Shown one piece after another: positions 9,843-20,483 of a stretch of 37,622 nucleotides of DNA; positions within the stretch are counted from its first letter, which is position 1; the number at the start of each line of letters is the position of its first letter. Source of the DNA: Azolla caroliniana (Eukaryota; Plantae; Polypodiophyta); NCBI GenBank assembly GCA_043228905.1, contig JBHGNT010000298.1, forward strand, positions 1 through 37,622, written 5' to 3'. A program made the position numbers and the translations under genes. The notes under the pieces are model-generated. The model was not told where the DNA came from and searched no databases. It saw nothing but the letters and a program-made list of their open reading frames with translations.

Positions 9843-12800
9843 ATGGAAGGCGGCGGCAGCGGGCAGCCGATGATGATGGTGCTGAATGCGCAGAATTACG
9901 CCGACTGGAAGATCAAGATGGAGGATCTTCTGATTGTTCGGGACCTGTACGAACCGATTGACAGGTCGGAAATACCGAAAGGGGTACTTGAGTCGGAGTG
10001 GAAGCTCCTGAACCGGAAAGCCGTAGCGACGATCCGACAATATGTCGATGTAAGCGTCCTACAACATGTGGCGAACGACACCAACGCATATGAGATGTGG
10101 AAGAAGCTGTCGGGCCTCTATGAGAGGAAGAATGCGTTGAACCGGACCTCCCTGATGAGGAAGATAGTGAATCTCAAGTACCGGGACGGCGAGAGTATGG
10201 TTGAACACGTAAGCACGTTCATGGGATTCGTGAATCAGCTTGCGGCGATCAAGTTCCCGTTGGAGGATGCAATGCAAGCCATCATCCTGATGTGTACATT
10301 GCCGGAAAGCTGGGAGAACTTGGTGGTGACTCTCAGCACCTCGTGCACCGAAGATAACTTGTCCTTACAAACGGTAAAGACAAGTATTCTGAATGAAGAA
10401 GCGCGTCGGAGAGATAAGGAACCGGCCTCCGACCCGAAGATGCTGTTTACCGAATCGGATCGGGGAAGACAATGGAACCGGAGTCCGCAAAGACGGGAGA
10501 AGTCGGGGACCCGGTCGCAGTCAAGAGGAAGGCCCACATGCTTCCACTGTGGGAAGCCGGGGCACTTCCGAAAGAATTGTCGGCATTACCGAAAAGACAA
10601 TGGAACCGACAACACCGATTCGAAGAAGTCACCGGAGAGAAACGGTGCATACCGGGGAGCCACGGACCGGAATGGTTCGGATCGGCGAGGGCAGGACCGG
10701 AAAGGAACAACGGCACTCGCGGCAAGTGAGGAAGAAATCATGCTCATCACCGAAGAAGGTGAACTAAACGTTGCCGGCGATGAGACGACCTGGGTGGTCG
10801 ATTCCGGAGCATCGTTCCACCTGACCCCAGAGAGAAGATACTTCTCATCCTACACAGCCGGTGAGCGTGGCTGTGTTCGGATGGGAAATGAAGGTACGTG
10901 CCGGATTGCCGGCATAGGAGACGTGTGGTTGACAACCCCGACCGGATGCAAAATGCTGCTGAAGGATGTCCGACACGTTCCGGAGGTTCGATTGAACCTG
11001 ATTTCGGCCGGGAGGCTAGACGATGAAGGCTACACAGGTAGCATCCGGAACGGCGTAATGAAGTTCAGCAAGGGGAGCCTGATAGTGGCTCGGGCCCGGA
11101 AGATCAACACACTGTACCTGATGAATGCCCGGTTATGTCCGGAAGAGCTGAATGTGGCAGCCGACACTGCCGGTGAGCTGTGGCACAAAAGACTGTGTCA
11201 CATGAGTGAGAAGGGGATGAAGAGGCTTGCAGAAGACAACCTTATTCCAGTGAAGCATGTGCACCTGGAGAAGTGCACCGATTGCCTGGCCGGTAAGCAG
11301 AACCGAACCTCCTTCCACTCAAGGCCACCGACGAGACGTAGCGCACCATTGGAGTTGGTGCACACCGATGTGTGTCAGGTAGAAACGAAGTCACATGGCG
11401 GAGCCCAGTACTTCGTAACTTTCATAGATGATCATAGCCGAAGACTGTGGACGGCACCGATGAAGACAAAGGACCAAGTGTTGTCCGTCTTCAAAGAACT
11501 CCACGCGAGAGTGGAAAGAGAATCCGGCAAGAAGCTGAAAGCGATACGAGCGGATAACGGAGGGGAATACCGGGGACAGTTCCAGGAGTACTGTCGCTCG
11601 AAGGGAATCCGACTCGAGTTTACTGTGCCGAAGACGCCGGAACTGAACGGGCTGGCCGAGAGGATGAACCGGACCATAATGGAGAGGGTTCGGAGTATGC
11701 TGGCGCATGCGAAATTACCCAAGGGATTTTGGGCTGAGGCAATGTCGACGGCGACATATGTGATAAACAGATCACCGTCAGTACCTTTGGACGGAGACAC
11801 GCCGCAGAGAGTGTGGACCGGTAGGGAAGTATCCTACCGGCATCTGAAGGTGTTCGGGTGTCTCGCATACGTGCATGTGGCAAAGGACCGGAGAGGAAAG
11901 CTAGATCCAAAGACCCGGCCATGCATATTCCTCGGTTACGGCGACGACGAGTTCGGCTACCGAGTATGGGACCCGGTCGACAAGAAGATATTCAGGAGTC
12001 GAACACTCGCCGACTGGGAGTCGGAGAAGAAGATGAAGAGCTCCAAGTCGACCGGTGAGGATAAACTCTACGAGGAGCAGTCCCGACCGGCAAGGGACCG
12101 GTTAGCACTCGAGGATCCGGCCGAAGACGGTGAAGAAACCGAACCGGCCGAAGAAGACGAAAATGATACCGGAACCGGCCCCGATCCCGAAATGGATTCG
12201 GATGAAGAAGAATCGGAAGAACCGGTTACCGAAGCTCCGAAACGGAGATACCCTCAAAGAGAGAGAAGGGCCCCCCGGAGATTTCCGGAACCAGAGCACG
12301 TGTTGCTAACCGACGAGGGGGAGCCGGAGAGCTTTGAGGAAGCGAAGCATGACACCCAGAGCCGCAGGTGGTTGAGTGCCATGCAGGACGAGATGGATTC
12401 CCTGCATGAGAACCACACATATGAACTTGTGGAGTTGCCGAAAGGAAAGCGGGCACTTCGAAACAAGTGGGTGTTCAAGCTGAAACCGGGAGATGCCGGA
12501 AAACCCCTGAGATACAAAGCCAGGATCGTGGTGAAGGGGTTTCAGCAAAAGAAGGGCGTCGACTTCGACGAGATATTTGCCCCGGTAGTGAAGATGACCT
12601 CCATCCGGACGGTGCTGAGCATAGCGGCAAGCATGGACCTCGAGGTAGAACAGATGGACGTGAAGACGGCATTCCTTCACGGTGACCTCGATGAAGAGAT
12701 CTACATGCAGCAACCGGAAGGATTCGAGAAGAAAGGGAAGGAGCACCTGGTATGCCGGTTGAAGAAGAGCCTTTACGGACTGAAGCAGGCTCCCCGGCAA

Positions 12801-13892
12801 TGGTACCGGAAATTCGACTCCTTCATGACCGACGAAGGGTACCTCAAAACGCAGTCCGACCACTGCGTGTTTGTGAAGAAGTTCGAAGGAGGAGACTTCC
12901 TAATACTCCTCCTGTACGTGGACGACATGTTGATCGTCGGACGGGACCAGGTCAAGATACGGATGCTGAAGAAGGCTCTTCACCGAACCTTCTCAATGAA
13001 GGACCTGGGTTCGGCGAGGCAAATACTAGGGATGCACATCATCCGGGACCGGAAAAAGAAGCAGTTGTGGCTGTCACAGGAGAAGTACGTGACGAAGGTG
13101 CTTCACCGGTTCAACATGTCGGAAGCAAGACCGGTCGGATCGACCCTCCCGGCAAACTGCAAGCTGTCCAGCAAGCAAAGTCCCAAGACAAAGGCTGAAA
13201 AGGAGGATATGATGAAAGTGCCGTATGCCTCAGCCGTCGGGAGCTTGATGTACGCCATGGTGTGTACGAGGCCGGACATCGGATATGCAGTCGGAGTGGT
13301 GAGCCGGTACATGAGCAATCCCGGCAAAGAGCATTGGAACGCGGTCAAGTGGATACTCCGATACCTGAAGGGCACAGCGAATGTGTGCCTCCGATTCGGC
13401 TCCGATAAACCCGAACTCGACGGTTTCACCGATTCGGATATGTCGGCTGATACAGATACCAGCCGGTCCACATCAGGGTATGTGATGACGTATGCAGGGG
13501 GAGCTGTTTCGTGGCAGTCGAGGCTGCAGAAGACGGTTGCGTTGTCAACCACGGAGGCGGAGTACATGGCGGCTGTTGAAGCCGGCAAGGAAATAATATG
13601 GATGAAGGACTTCATTAGAGAGCTCGGTATCCGGCAGGAGGAGTACCAACTCTACTGCGACAGTCAGAGTGCAATCCACCTTGCGAAGAACGCGGCCTAT
13701 CACTCCCGGACGAAGCACATCCAGCGAAGATATCACTGGATCCGGGAAAGGATAGAAGACAAGGAGTTCGTGCTGACAAAGATCCACACGGACGAAAATG
13801 GGTCGGATATGCTGACCAAGGTCCTCACACCCGACAAGCTGGAAGCATGCCGGAAGAGGATCGGATTGGAGAGACATCCCATGCCGAAGTGA
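9843..13892 (+). CDS. Element E gag-pol polyprotein (1349 aa from ATG 9843): gag, CCHC knuckle, protease, integrase, RT, RNase H
   Basis: Uninterrupted ORF with NYADWKIKMEDLL, CFHCGKPGHFRKNC, WVVDSGASFH, VHTDVC/FIDDHSR/DNGGEY/NGLAERMN, QMDVKTAFLHG, LYVDDML, FTDSD and RTKHI. Confidence 0.96.
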   Translation: MEGGGSGQPMMMVLNAQNYADWKIKMEDLLIVRDLYEPIDRSEIPKGVLESEWKLLNRKAVATIRQYVDVSVLQHVANDTNAYEMWKKLSGLYERKNALNRTSLMRKIVNLKYRDGESMVEHVSTFMGFVNQLAAIKFPLEDAMQAIILMCTLPESWENLVVTLSTSCTEDNLSLQTVKTSILNEEARRRDKEPASDPKMLFTESDRGRQWNRSPQRREKSGTRSQSRGRPTCFHCGKPGHFRKNCRHYRKDNGTDNTDSKKSPERNGAYRGATDRNGSDRRGQDRKGTTALAASEEEIMLITEEGELNVAGDETTWVVDSGASFHLTPERRYFSSYTAGERGCVRMGNEGTCRIAGIGDVWLTTPTGCKMLLKDVRHVPEVRLNLISAGRLDDEGYTGSIRNGVMKFSKGSLIVARARKINTLYLMNARLCPEELNVAADTAGELWHKRLCHMSEKGMKRLAEDNLIPVKHVHLEKCTDCLAGKQNRTSFHSRPPTRRSAPLELVHTDVCQVETKSHGGAQYFVTFIDDHSRRLWTAPMKTKDQVLSVFKELHARVERESGKKLKAIRADNGGEYRGQFQEYCRSKGIRLEFTVPKTPELNGLAERMNRTIMERVRSMLAHAKLPKGFWAEAMSTATYVINRSPSVPLDGDTPQRVWTGREVSYRHLKVFGCLAYVHVAKDRRGKLDPKTRPCIFLGYGDDEFGYRVWDPVDKKIFRSRTLADWESEKKMKSSKSTGEDKLYEEQSRPARDRLALEDPAEDGEETEPAEEDENDTGTGPDPEMDSDEEESEEPVTEAPKRRYPQRERRAPRRFPEPEHVLLTDEGEPESFEEAKHDTQSRRWLSAMQDEMDSLHENHTYELVELPKGKRALRNKWVFKLKPGDAGKPLRYKARIVVKGFQQKKGVDFDEIFAPVVKMTSIRTVLSIAASMDLEVEQMDVKTAFLHGDLDEEIYMQQPEGFEKKGKEHLVCRLKKSLYGLKQAPRQWYRKFDSFMTDEGYLKTQSDHCVFVKKFEGGDFLILLLYVDDMLIVGRDQVKIRMLKKALHRTFSMKDLGSARQILGMHIIRDRKKKQLWLSQEKYVTKVLHRFNMSEARPVGSTLPANCKLSSKQSPKTKAEKEDMMKVPYASAVGSLMYAMVCTRPDIGYAVGVVSRYMSNPGKEHWNAVKWILRYLKGTANVCLRFGSDKPELDGFTDSDMSADTDTSRSTSGYVMTYAGGAVSWQSRLQKTVALSTTEAEYMAAVEAGKEIIWMKDFIRELGIRQEEYQLYCDSQSAIHLAKNAAYHSRTKHIQRRYHWIRERIEDKEFVLTKIHTDENGSDMLTKVLTPDKLEACRKRIGLERHPMPK

Positions 13893-13902
13893 AGGGGGAG
13901 TT

Positions 13903-14513
13903 TGTTGGGATTACGGTCCCTTCGGATGGGATGGTCGGATGTCGGAGATGAATGCCGACAAGCCCGGTTTCGGTTTCGGATCCGGATGACGAAGACCCCG
14001 GCTTCGGTGCCGGATGACGAATGTACCCGGAGAGCGATCCGGATGCAGGGACATATCCGTGAATATGTTCGCTATGGGCCCCTGAGGCCACAGTTGTAAA
14101 TAGCCCCAAAGTCATATGTGTATAAATATGACTTAGGGCAAACAGTTTTAGTGTTGCTTATCATTTTTCTGTTTTTCCACTCAAGAGGAGTGAAGAGGGA
14201 GCAGCCGTGAGACAGAGTGAGAGATAGAGCGCGAGAGAGGAAGAGGACGACGCCTCTGTGTATTTCCGCCGCATGTGGCGAGGACAGCGAGCTCAAGGTC
14301 GTCGCCTTGGAGCTCGTCATTGTATACTTCTCTTGTATAGTGTCGTTTGGAGTCTTGTACTCCCGTGGTTTTTCCCATCTAGGGTTTTCCACGTTAATCC
14401 CTGTGTACTCGTGTGTTTCTCTCTTTTGGTTTCTATTTTCTGCTGCATTGATCCGCGATTACAAACGGTTGTGGCCGAGCGGTGAAGGTGAATCCAAGCG
14501 TTGATTCCCAACA
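13903..14513 (+). repeat. 3' LTR of element E
   Basis: Direct repeat of 9203-9813, preceded by the PPT. Confidence 0.97.
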
Positions 14514-17500
14514 TACAACTTCCATCATGTTCCGAAACTGTGTATGCTTTTCCACACTCAATCCCTTTGTGAGAATATCAGCAACCTGCTGATTTGTATT
14601 CACATACACCAGATCAACTTCTCCTTCAATCACTTTTTCTCTAACAAAGTGATAATGCACTTCAATGTGCTTTGTTCTTGCATGGAACACAGGGTTCTTT
14701 GCAAGTTGAATGCTGCTCATGTTGTCACACCAGATTGTGACAGTACCGTCTATATACTCTCCCAAATCAGCAAGCAATCTTCTAATCCATACATCTTCAC
14801 AAGTGGCTATGGCAGCTCCTCTGTACTCAGCTTCAGTACTAGACAATGCAACAGTAGCCTGTTTCTTGCTACTCCATGAAATACCTGCACTTCCCAATGT
14901 AAAGATATATCCACTTGTGGATCTCCTGTCTGTTTGGCTTCCAGCCCAATCAGCATCTGTATATCCTTCCAGATTTATGTCCAAATCAGCCCTGTAAAAC
15001 AATCCATAGTTCTGAGTAGCTTTTACATACCTCAGAATTCTTCTAATGCAGTCCAAATGTGGCTTTGTTGGCTGTTGCATAAACTGGCTGACTAATCCAA
15101 CAGCATAGCTCAAATCAGGTCTTGTTATAGTCAAATAAATAAGGCTGCCCACCATAGACCTGTACATGTTTACATCTTCTATCTTGGCTCCCAAATCAGC
15201 CCTCAACTTGCAGTTTTTATCAAGTGGTACAGCAATAGGTTTGCATCCAAGCATACCATACTTTTTCAACATAGTTGTTGCATACTATTTTTGCAACATA
15301 CATATACCACTTTCAGATCTGATGATTTCAATACCAAGAAAATATCTCAGATCTCCCAAATCTTTCATATGAAACTGCATTTCCAGATTTTTTTTCAACT
15401 TTCTTATTTCATCCACGGAATCTCCTCCAATAATCAAATCATCTACATAAATCAGAATAATAACAATGCAATCATTTTCACTTTTTACATACAAAGAAGG
15501 ATCAGCTTTTGACATTTTGAAACCAAGATTTTTCAGAGAATCTGAAAGTTCTCTGTGCCATGCTCTTGGTGCCTGTTTCAGTCCATAGAGAGCTTTTTTC
15601 AGCTTACATACATAATCAGGATGTTTCTTATCTTCAAAACCTGGTGGTTGACTCATATACACTTCTTCTTCCAAGTTACCATGTAAAAAGGCATTTTTTA
15701 CATCCATGTGATGCAAAATCTATTTTCTAGCTGCTCCTACAGCAAGTAGTGTTCTCAAGGTTGCCATCTTTGCAACCGGTGCAAAAGTCTCATCATAATC
15801 AATCCCTTGCATCTGAGCATATCCTTTTGCAACCAATCTTGCTTTATGTCTACTTACATTCCCATTGGAGTCATGCTTTGTCTTGTAGACCCATTTGCAG
15901 CCTACCACATTTTTCTCTTTTGGTAACTTCACTAAATCCCACGTTTTGTTCTCAGCCAATGCATCAATCTCTTCTTGCATTGCATCCATCCATTTCTTCT
16001 CAGATTTTGCTTCTTCAAAGCTGTTTGGGTCAGGGATCTGTACCACCTTAGACATATATGCATAGTGCATAGCCATATATGTATCATACCCAAATCTTTC
16101 CACAGTCTTTTTCTCTCTATCTGATCTTCTCAGTTTCTGATTTGCATTCTTTATTGCCTTTTCCATACCAGGGATTTTCATTTCCTGTATTCCAAGGAAA
16201 TCATCCAAAGACATATCTGAATCTTCATCTTCCATGTTTTTTGATAGGTCATCTGGGATTTCATACTCTGGCATTTTCTGTTTTCCTTTTTTGTCATCAG
16301 ATTTTTTCTGTCCAGTTTTTCCACTCCATGAATTTGAATCAGATTTACCATCTGAGCTTTTTGATGGTCCAGAACATTCTGTTGATGTTGGACTTTGCTG
16401 TCCAGCCTTGTCTCCATCTCTGTGACAGTCTTCTACATTTTCTGATCTGTCTTTGTCTTCATTCTGACAGTCTTCATCAGTCTCTAGATTCTGTTTTGGG
16501 CTGTACCAACTAGCCAACTCATCAAATATCACATCTCGACTTGTCACAATCTTTTTAGTCACAGGGTTATAACATCTGTACCCTTTTTGTTCTTCTGAAT
16601 ATCCAACAAAGATACATTTTTCTGCTTTTGGATCCAACTTACTTCTTACTTCTGCAGGCACATGTACATATGCAAGGCATCCAAACACTTTCAAGTGTTG
16701 TAAGCTAGGCTTCCTGCCATAAAAACACTCTTCAGGAGTTGCCTCATGTACTCCTGATGTAATACATCTATTTAAAATGTAATTTGCTGTATTTACAGCT
16801 TCTGCCCAATAGTATAATGGCATGTTCTTCTCAGTCATCATTGCCCTTGCTATGTTCACCAAAGTTCTGTTTTTCCTCTCAGCAACTCCATTTTGCTGTG
16901 GAGTATATCGGCATGTGAACTGTCTTCTTATTCCCTGATTACACAAAAAATCAGAAAATTCATTGGAGAAATACTCTCCTCCTCCATCAGATCTCAAACA
17001 TTTTATCCTTGTACCAGCCTGCTTTTCTACCATGCATTTAAACTTACGAAAACAGTCAAATACTTCACTTTTCTCCTTCATGAAGTACACCCATGTCTTT
17101 CGTGAACAATCATCAATAAATGTAACATAAAATCTGCATCCACCAATAGATGCATTCTTTGTTGGTCCCCATACATCCGTATGTACCAAATCCAACAAAT
17201 TTTTACTTACATGTCTCTCATGAGGGAATGGCAACCTGTTTTGCTTACCATATTGACATGCTTCACATACTTTTCCCATTTCACACTTTTTCAAGTTTGG
17301 CAGTCCAGCCACTGCATCTTTTCTCAACATATTCTTTAATGTTTGCATACTTATATGGCCAATCCTTTTATGCCACATTTCCACATCTGAGATTACACTC
17401 GTTCCATTTGCAAACATGGCTGAAATCTGTTTGGGCATTTCTACATCCAAGATAAACATTCTTCCTTGTCTCTTCCCTTTTGCAATGAGCTTCCCATTCT

Positions 17501-18794
17501 TTTCTATATAGCATCCACTTGGCTTAAACTTTACTTGCATACCTTGCTCTACTATCTGTCCAACAGAAATCAGATTCTTAGCAAGATTTGGAACATGCAT
17601 CACATCCAACATATACTTGGTTTTTCCTCTTTCTTCCCACAATGGGATATCTCCAACATGTTTTATTTGGTGAGTTGTGTCATCACCTGTTTGTACATAA
17701 CCAGGAACCTCTGGTTCTCTTAAACTCTCAAACCAATTTGCATGTCCAGTCATATGGTTAGATGCCCCCGAGTCTACATACCACGTAAACTCTTCATTAC
17801 ATTTCTGTGAGCTTTCAGCCACTGCTGCTATCTCATGTTGCACTACAAAAACACCTTCCTTTTCGCAATCTTCACTAGTAGAGGCATAGTTACTCTGTTG
17901 TCCTTTTCCTCTTTTCTCATCATTTTGTTTCTTGTAACATTCAGCCTGTGTATGGCCTGGTTTACCACAATACCAGCAGCCATCATCATTTACATAAGTT
18001 TGCTTACCTCTACCTCGGTTGCTCCCCCTGCCTCTGTTGTTGTTTCCTCCTCTATGAGCTTGTTGTCCTCTTCCTTGAAAGCCATTATTATTGGTTCTTC
18101 CTGAGCCAAATCTTCCATGGCCTCTTCCTCGGCCTCTTCCGGCATTATTATAGAGGGCTTGCCCCTCGTTCTCTGAGTTTCCTTTATTTGCATCATCCAT
18201 CTGATTCCTTTCCTCTACCACAAGCATTGAGACCAGATCTGAAAAACTTGGGATACTATCCCTTGTGAGCATAGAAGTTTTAAAACTCTTGTATTGAGGT
18301 CCTAAGCCTCTTAAGCATATTTCCACTTTGTCATCATCTTCTATCTTCACATTGATAGAAGCAAGTGATTCACATATACTCTTGATTTTTAGGGCATATT
18401 CATTTATTGACATCTTACCTTTTTCTAAGGTATTTAGCTCAGTCTTCAACTGTAGCTTTCTAGCTTTTGTGTTTACTGCAAACAGTTTTACCAAACTGTC
18501 CCAAGCTTCTTTTGGGAGCATAGCATCCTGTATGTGCCCAAGCATCGAATCTGAGATGCTAAGTGAGAGCCAATGCATTACCTTCCTTGCCCCTTGATTC
18601 CAATCTTTGAATGCTTTAATCTGTGCTGCTGTGGCATTTTCTTCTGGGATCTCTGGAGCCTCTTCTAGGTCTCCTTCAATGTAATCCCAGTATCCTTTCC
18701 CCATCAGAAAGTTTGTCATTCTGAATTTCCACGCCGGGAAATTGTTTTTATCTAATTTCTCTGTGACCATTTGGCCTACATTCTCTGCAGCCAT
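14514..18794 (-). pseudogene. Element D gag-pol (one frame, two premature TAG stops; last codons continue at 9197->9153 beyond E)
   Basis: ORFs 15720-18794, 15285-15716 and <15272 share a frame and are separated by TAG at 15720 and 15285. Motifs [59 protein letters not shown]-terminus ...MMEVV|DIDEMAKKQNGKED* ends at 9153. Confidence 0.94.
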
Positions 18795-18927
18795 TTTTTT
18801 TTTCTTCCAAAAACCAGGGTTTTGCTTTAGTTACTTCAACAAGTAACTTTCTGATTTCTGATAAGCAAACAGAGAAATACCTTTCTCAGATCTATGCACT
18901 TTTGTACTCTTCTTTATGAGCAACTCT

Positions 18928-18939
18928 GCTCTGATACCA
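18928..18939 (-). promoter_or_regulatory. Primer binding site of D (tRNA-iMet)
   Basis: The + strand GCTCTGATACCA abuts the LTR at 18940. Confidence 0.95.
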
Positions 18940-19408
18940 TGTTAAGAAAACGTAAAGAAGGCACTCGGGCTCTTCTTATGTGCGCGGCGGATCGTGGTGT
19001 GCTAGATCGTTTAGTGCTCAAACACAGACAGAGAAAGGAAAGGGGACTTACCTCTGTAGTAGCAAAATGGTTTTCTTCTATTACATGTAGAGCTCAACTT
19101 GCTCTCGTCAATCTTCTGGTCTCACACTCTCTCTCAGAGTTCTCTCCTCACTATTCTCTGTTTTTTCTTACTGCTTCTTACTTCCTATTTTCTCTCACTT
19201 ACTTTTACCTAAGTCATAAGTTATTACACATGCAGCTAATTAGCTGCCAGTAGCTAATTAGCTGTCAGTCGCTAAATAGCTGTTCACTAGCTAATTAGCT
19301 GTCACTAGCTAAATAGTTGTTTTACCTTTTTGTTCACTAGTAGCTAAATAGCTACTATAGCTTATTTCTCATAAGCATCACATACCATGTTGAGCTTGCT
19401 TCTCAACA
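18940..19408 (-). repeat. 5' LTR of element D (469 bp)
   Basis: Direct repeat of 8681-9112 with 37 extra bp in the AGCTAATTAGCT array. Confidence 0.97.
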
Positions 19409-19413
19409 AGGTA

Positions 19414-20483
19414 CACATCCGCACAAGCCCGATCGGAGTCCTCATGGTTGTAATGTCCCGGCTGTCGATCGCCAACTGGAATTGGTCATATCCGGAGTAG
19501 AGATCGCCAATGGAGTAGATGGACCGGCCCGCAAACGCTTCGGCAAATTCGTCCACGCTCGGACCGATTCCGGCATTTCGAATTGTCACCTTGTTGACGG
19601 GTTGAAGATCTTGGATGAATCGCAATGATCCATTCTTCTTCGGCACCGTGAACCACCTATTGGAATAAGGAGCATTCGACGGTTCTAGAATTCCCATACT
19701 CACCTTCTCCTTTAAGAGCTCGATCAGCTTCGGAAGGTGTGCTCTCGGAACCGGTATCGGTTTCAAATTCCAAGGCACATGAGGCACCGTGAAGATCACC
19801 ATTGGCTCTATAACCTTTGGGTCGGCACATCCGATTTCTCGTGGGAAGAATGCGAAAGCCTTCCCATGTCTCTCAAGCATATCGCGAAACATTCGCTCCT
19901 CTTCAGGGAGAAGGAAATCCTCCTTTCCAACTCGTAGCTTCCCCTTCGTCTCTTTGGTGAAGTCATGACCTATCTTCTTCGGATCTCTTAAGCTTGGATC
20001 GTTAGCGACTTCCTTCATCTTTTGCCAGCTATCTTCCGGTAGCGGAACCGCAACTGGCTTGATCTTCTTATCCACCATTTTATATTTCGTGTTGATGTCA
20101 GCTTCCTTCATCGAGATGTCACGACGGTATTCATCGATGATAGCGTACATGTTGACGGAGTTAACCGAAATCACGCGTTGGCTGTGAAGATAGCTCAAGT
20201 CCACGACGTCCTCGATTTCGCCGATGGTGTCGTTAAATGAGGCTTCTTCCATAATATGAGTCACGAACTCTCCTTCTTCTATTATGTTCTCTTCTTTCAG
20301 CATCTTCTCGAATTCTTGTATCCGGCGCTTGTGCTTCTTGTCGGGTAATACTAGTTTACATGCGCCACTAGGTGTGACACATGTTGCTTCTCCTTGCAAT
20401 CCACGCGCTCTTCTTTCTTGTGGGGTCTTGTGATTGCTCGGACTATTTGTGCCCCATGCTTCAATAGTCCGCTCTAAAAATCC
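19414..20483 (-). pseudogene. Element C pol, proximal part (linker and RT N-terminus), in the -1 frame relative to gag-protease
   Basis: PSNAPYSNRWFTVPKKNGSLRFIQDL and IGDLYSGYDQF. The frame is open from the GGATTTT site at 20483-20477 to the D insertion. Confidence 0.9.
20421..20483 (-). promoter_or_regulatory. Putative -1 programmed ribosomal frameshift signal of element C
   Basis: G GAT TTT TAG, 5-nt spacer, stem CGGACTATT/AATAGTCCG. Loop TGGGG is complementary to downstream CCCCA. Confidence 0.75.

Larger units (their letters stand above)
9203..14513 (+). mobile_element. Element E: full-length young Ty1/copia (Tnt1/Tork-like), inserted at the C-terminal end of the D polyprotein
   Basis: 611-bp LTRs 9203-9813 and 13903-14513 (TGTTGGGA...TCCCAACA, 4 substitutions seen). 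TSD TACAA at 9198-9202 and 14514-14518. PBS TGGTATCAGAGC 9817-9828, PPT GAAGGGGGAG 13891-13900. Confidence 0.98.
8681..19408 (-). mobile_element. Element D: full-length Ty1/copia (related to B and F), inserted in the RT of C and interrupted by E
   Basis: LTRs 8681-9112 and 18940-19408 with TG...CA ends. TSD AGGTA at 8676-8680 and 19409-19413. PBS 18928-18939, PPT 9113-9120. Removing D restores RMCTL|PQGATN in C. Confidence 0.97.

Noticed and set aside
8681-19408. Age paradox: nested E has more LTR substitutions (4/611) than its host D (1/432)
   Set aside because: The counts are too small to differ meaningfully, and reverse-transcription errors or gene conversion can explain them. The TSDs fix the order unambiguously.
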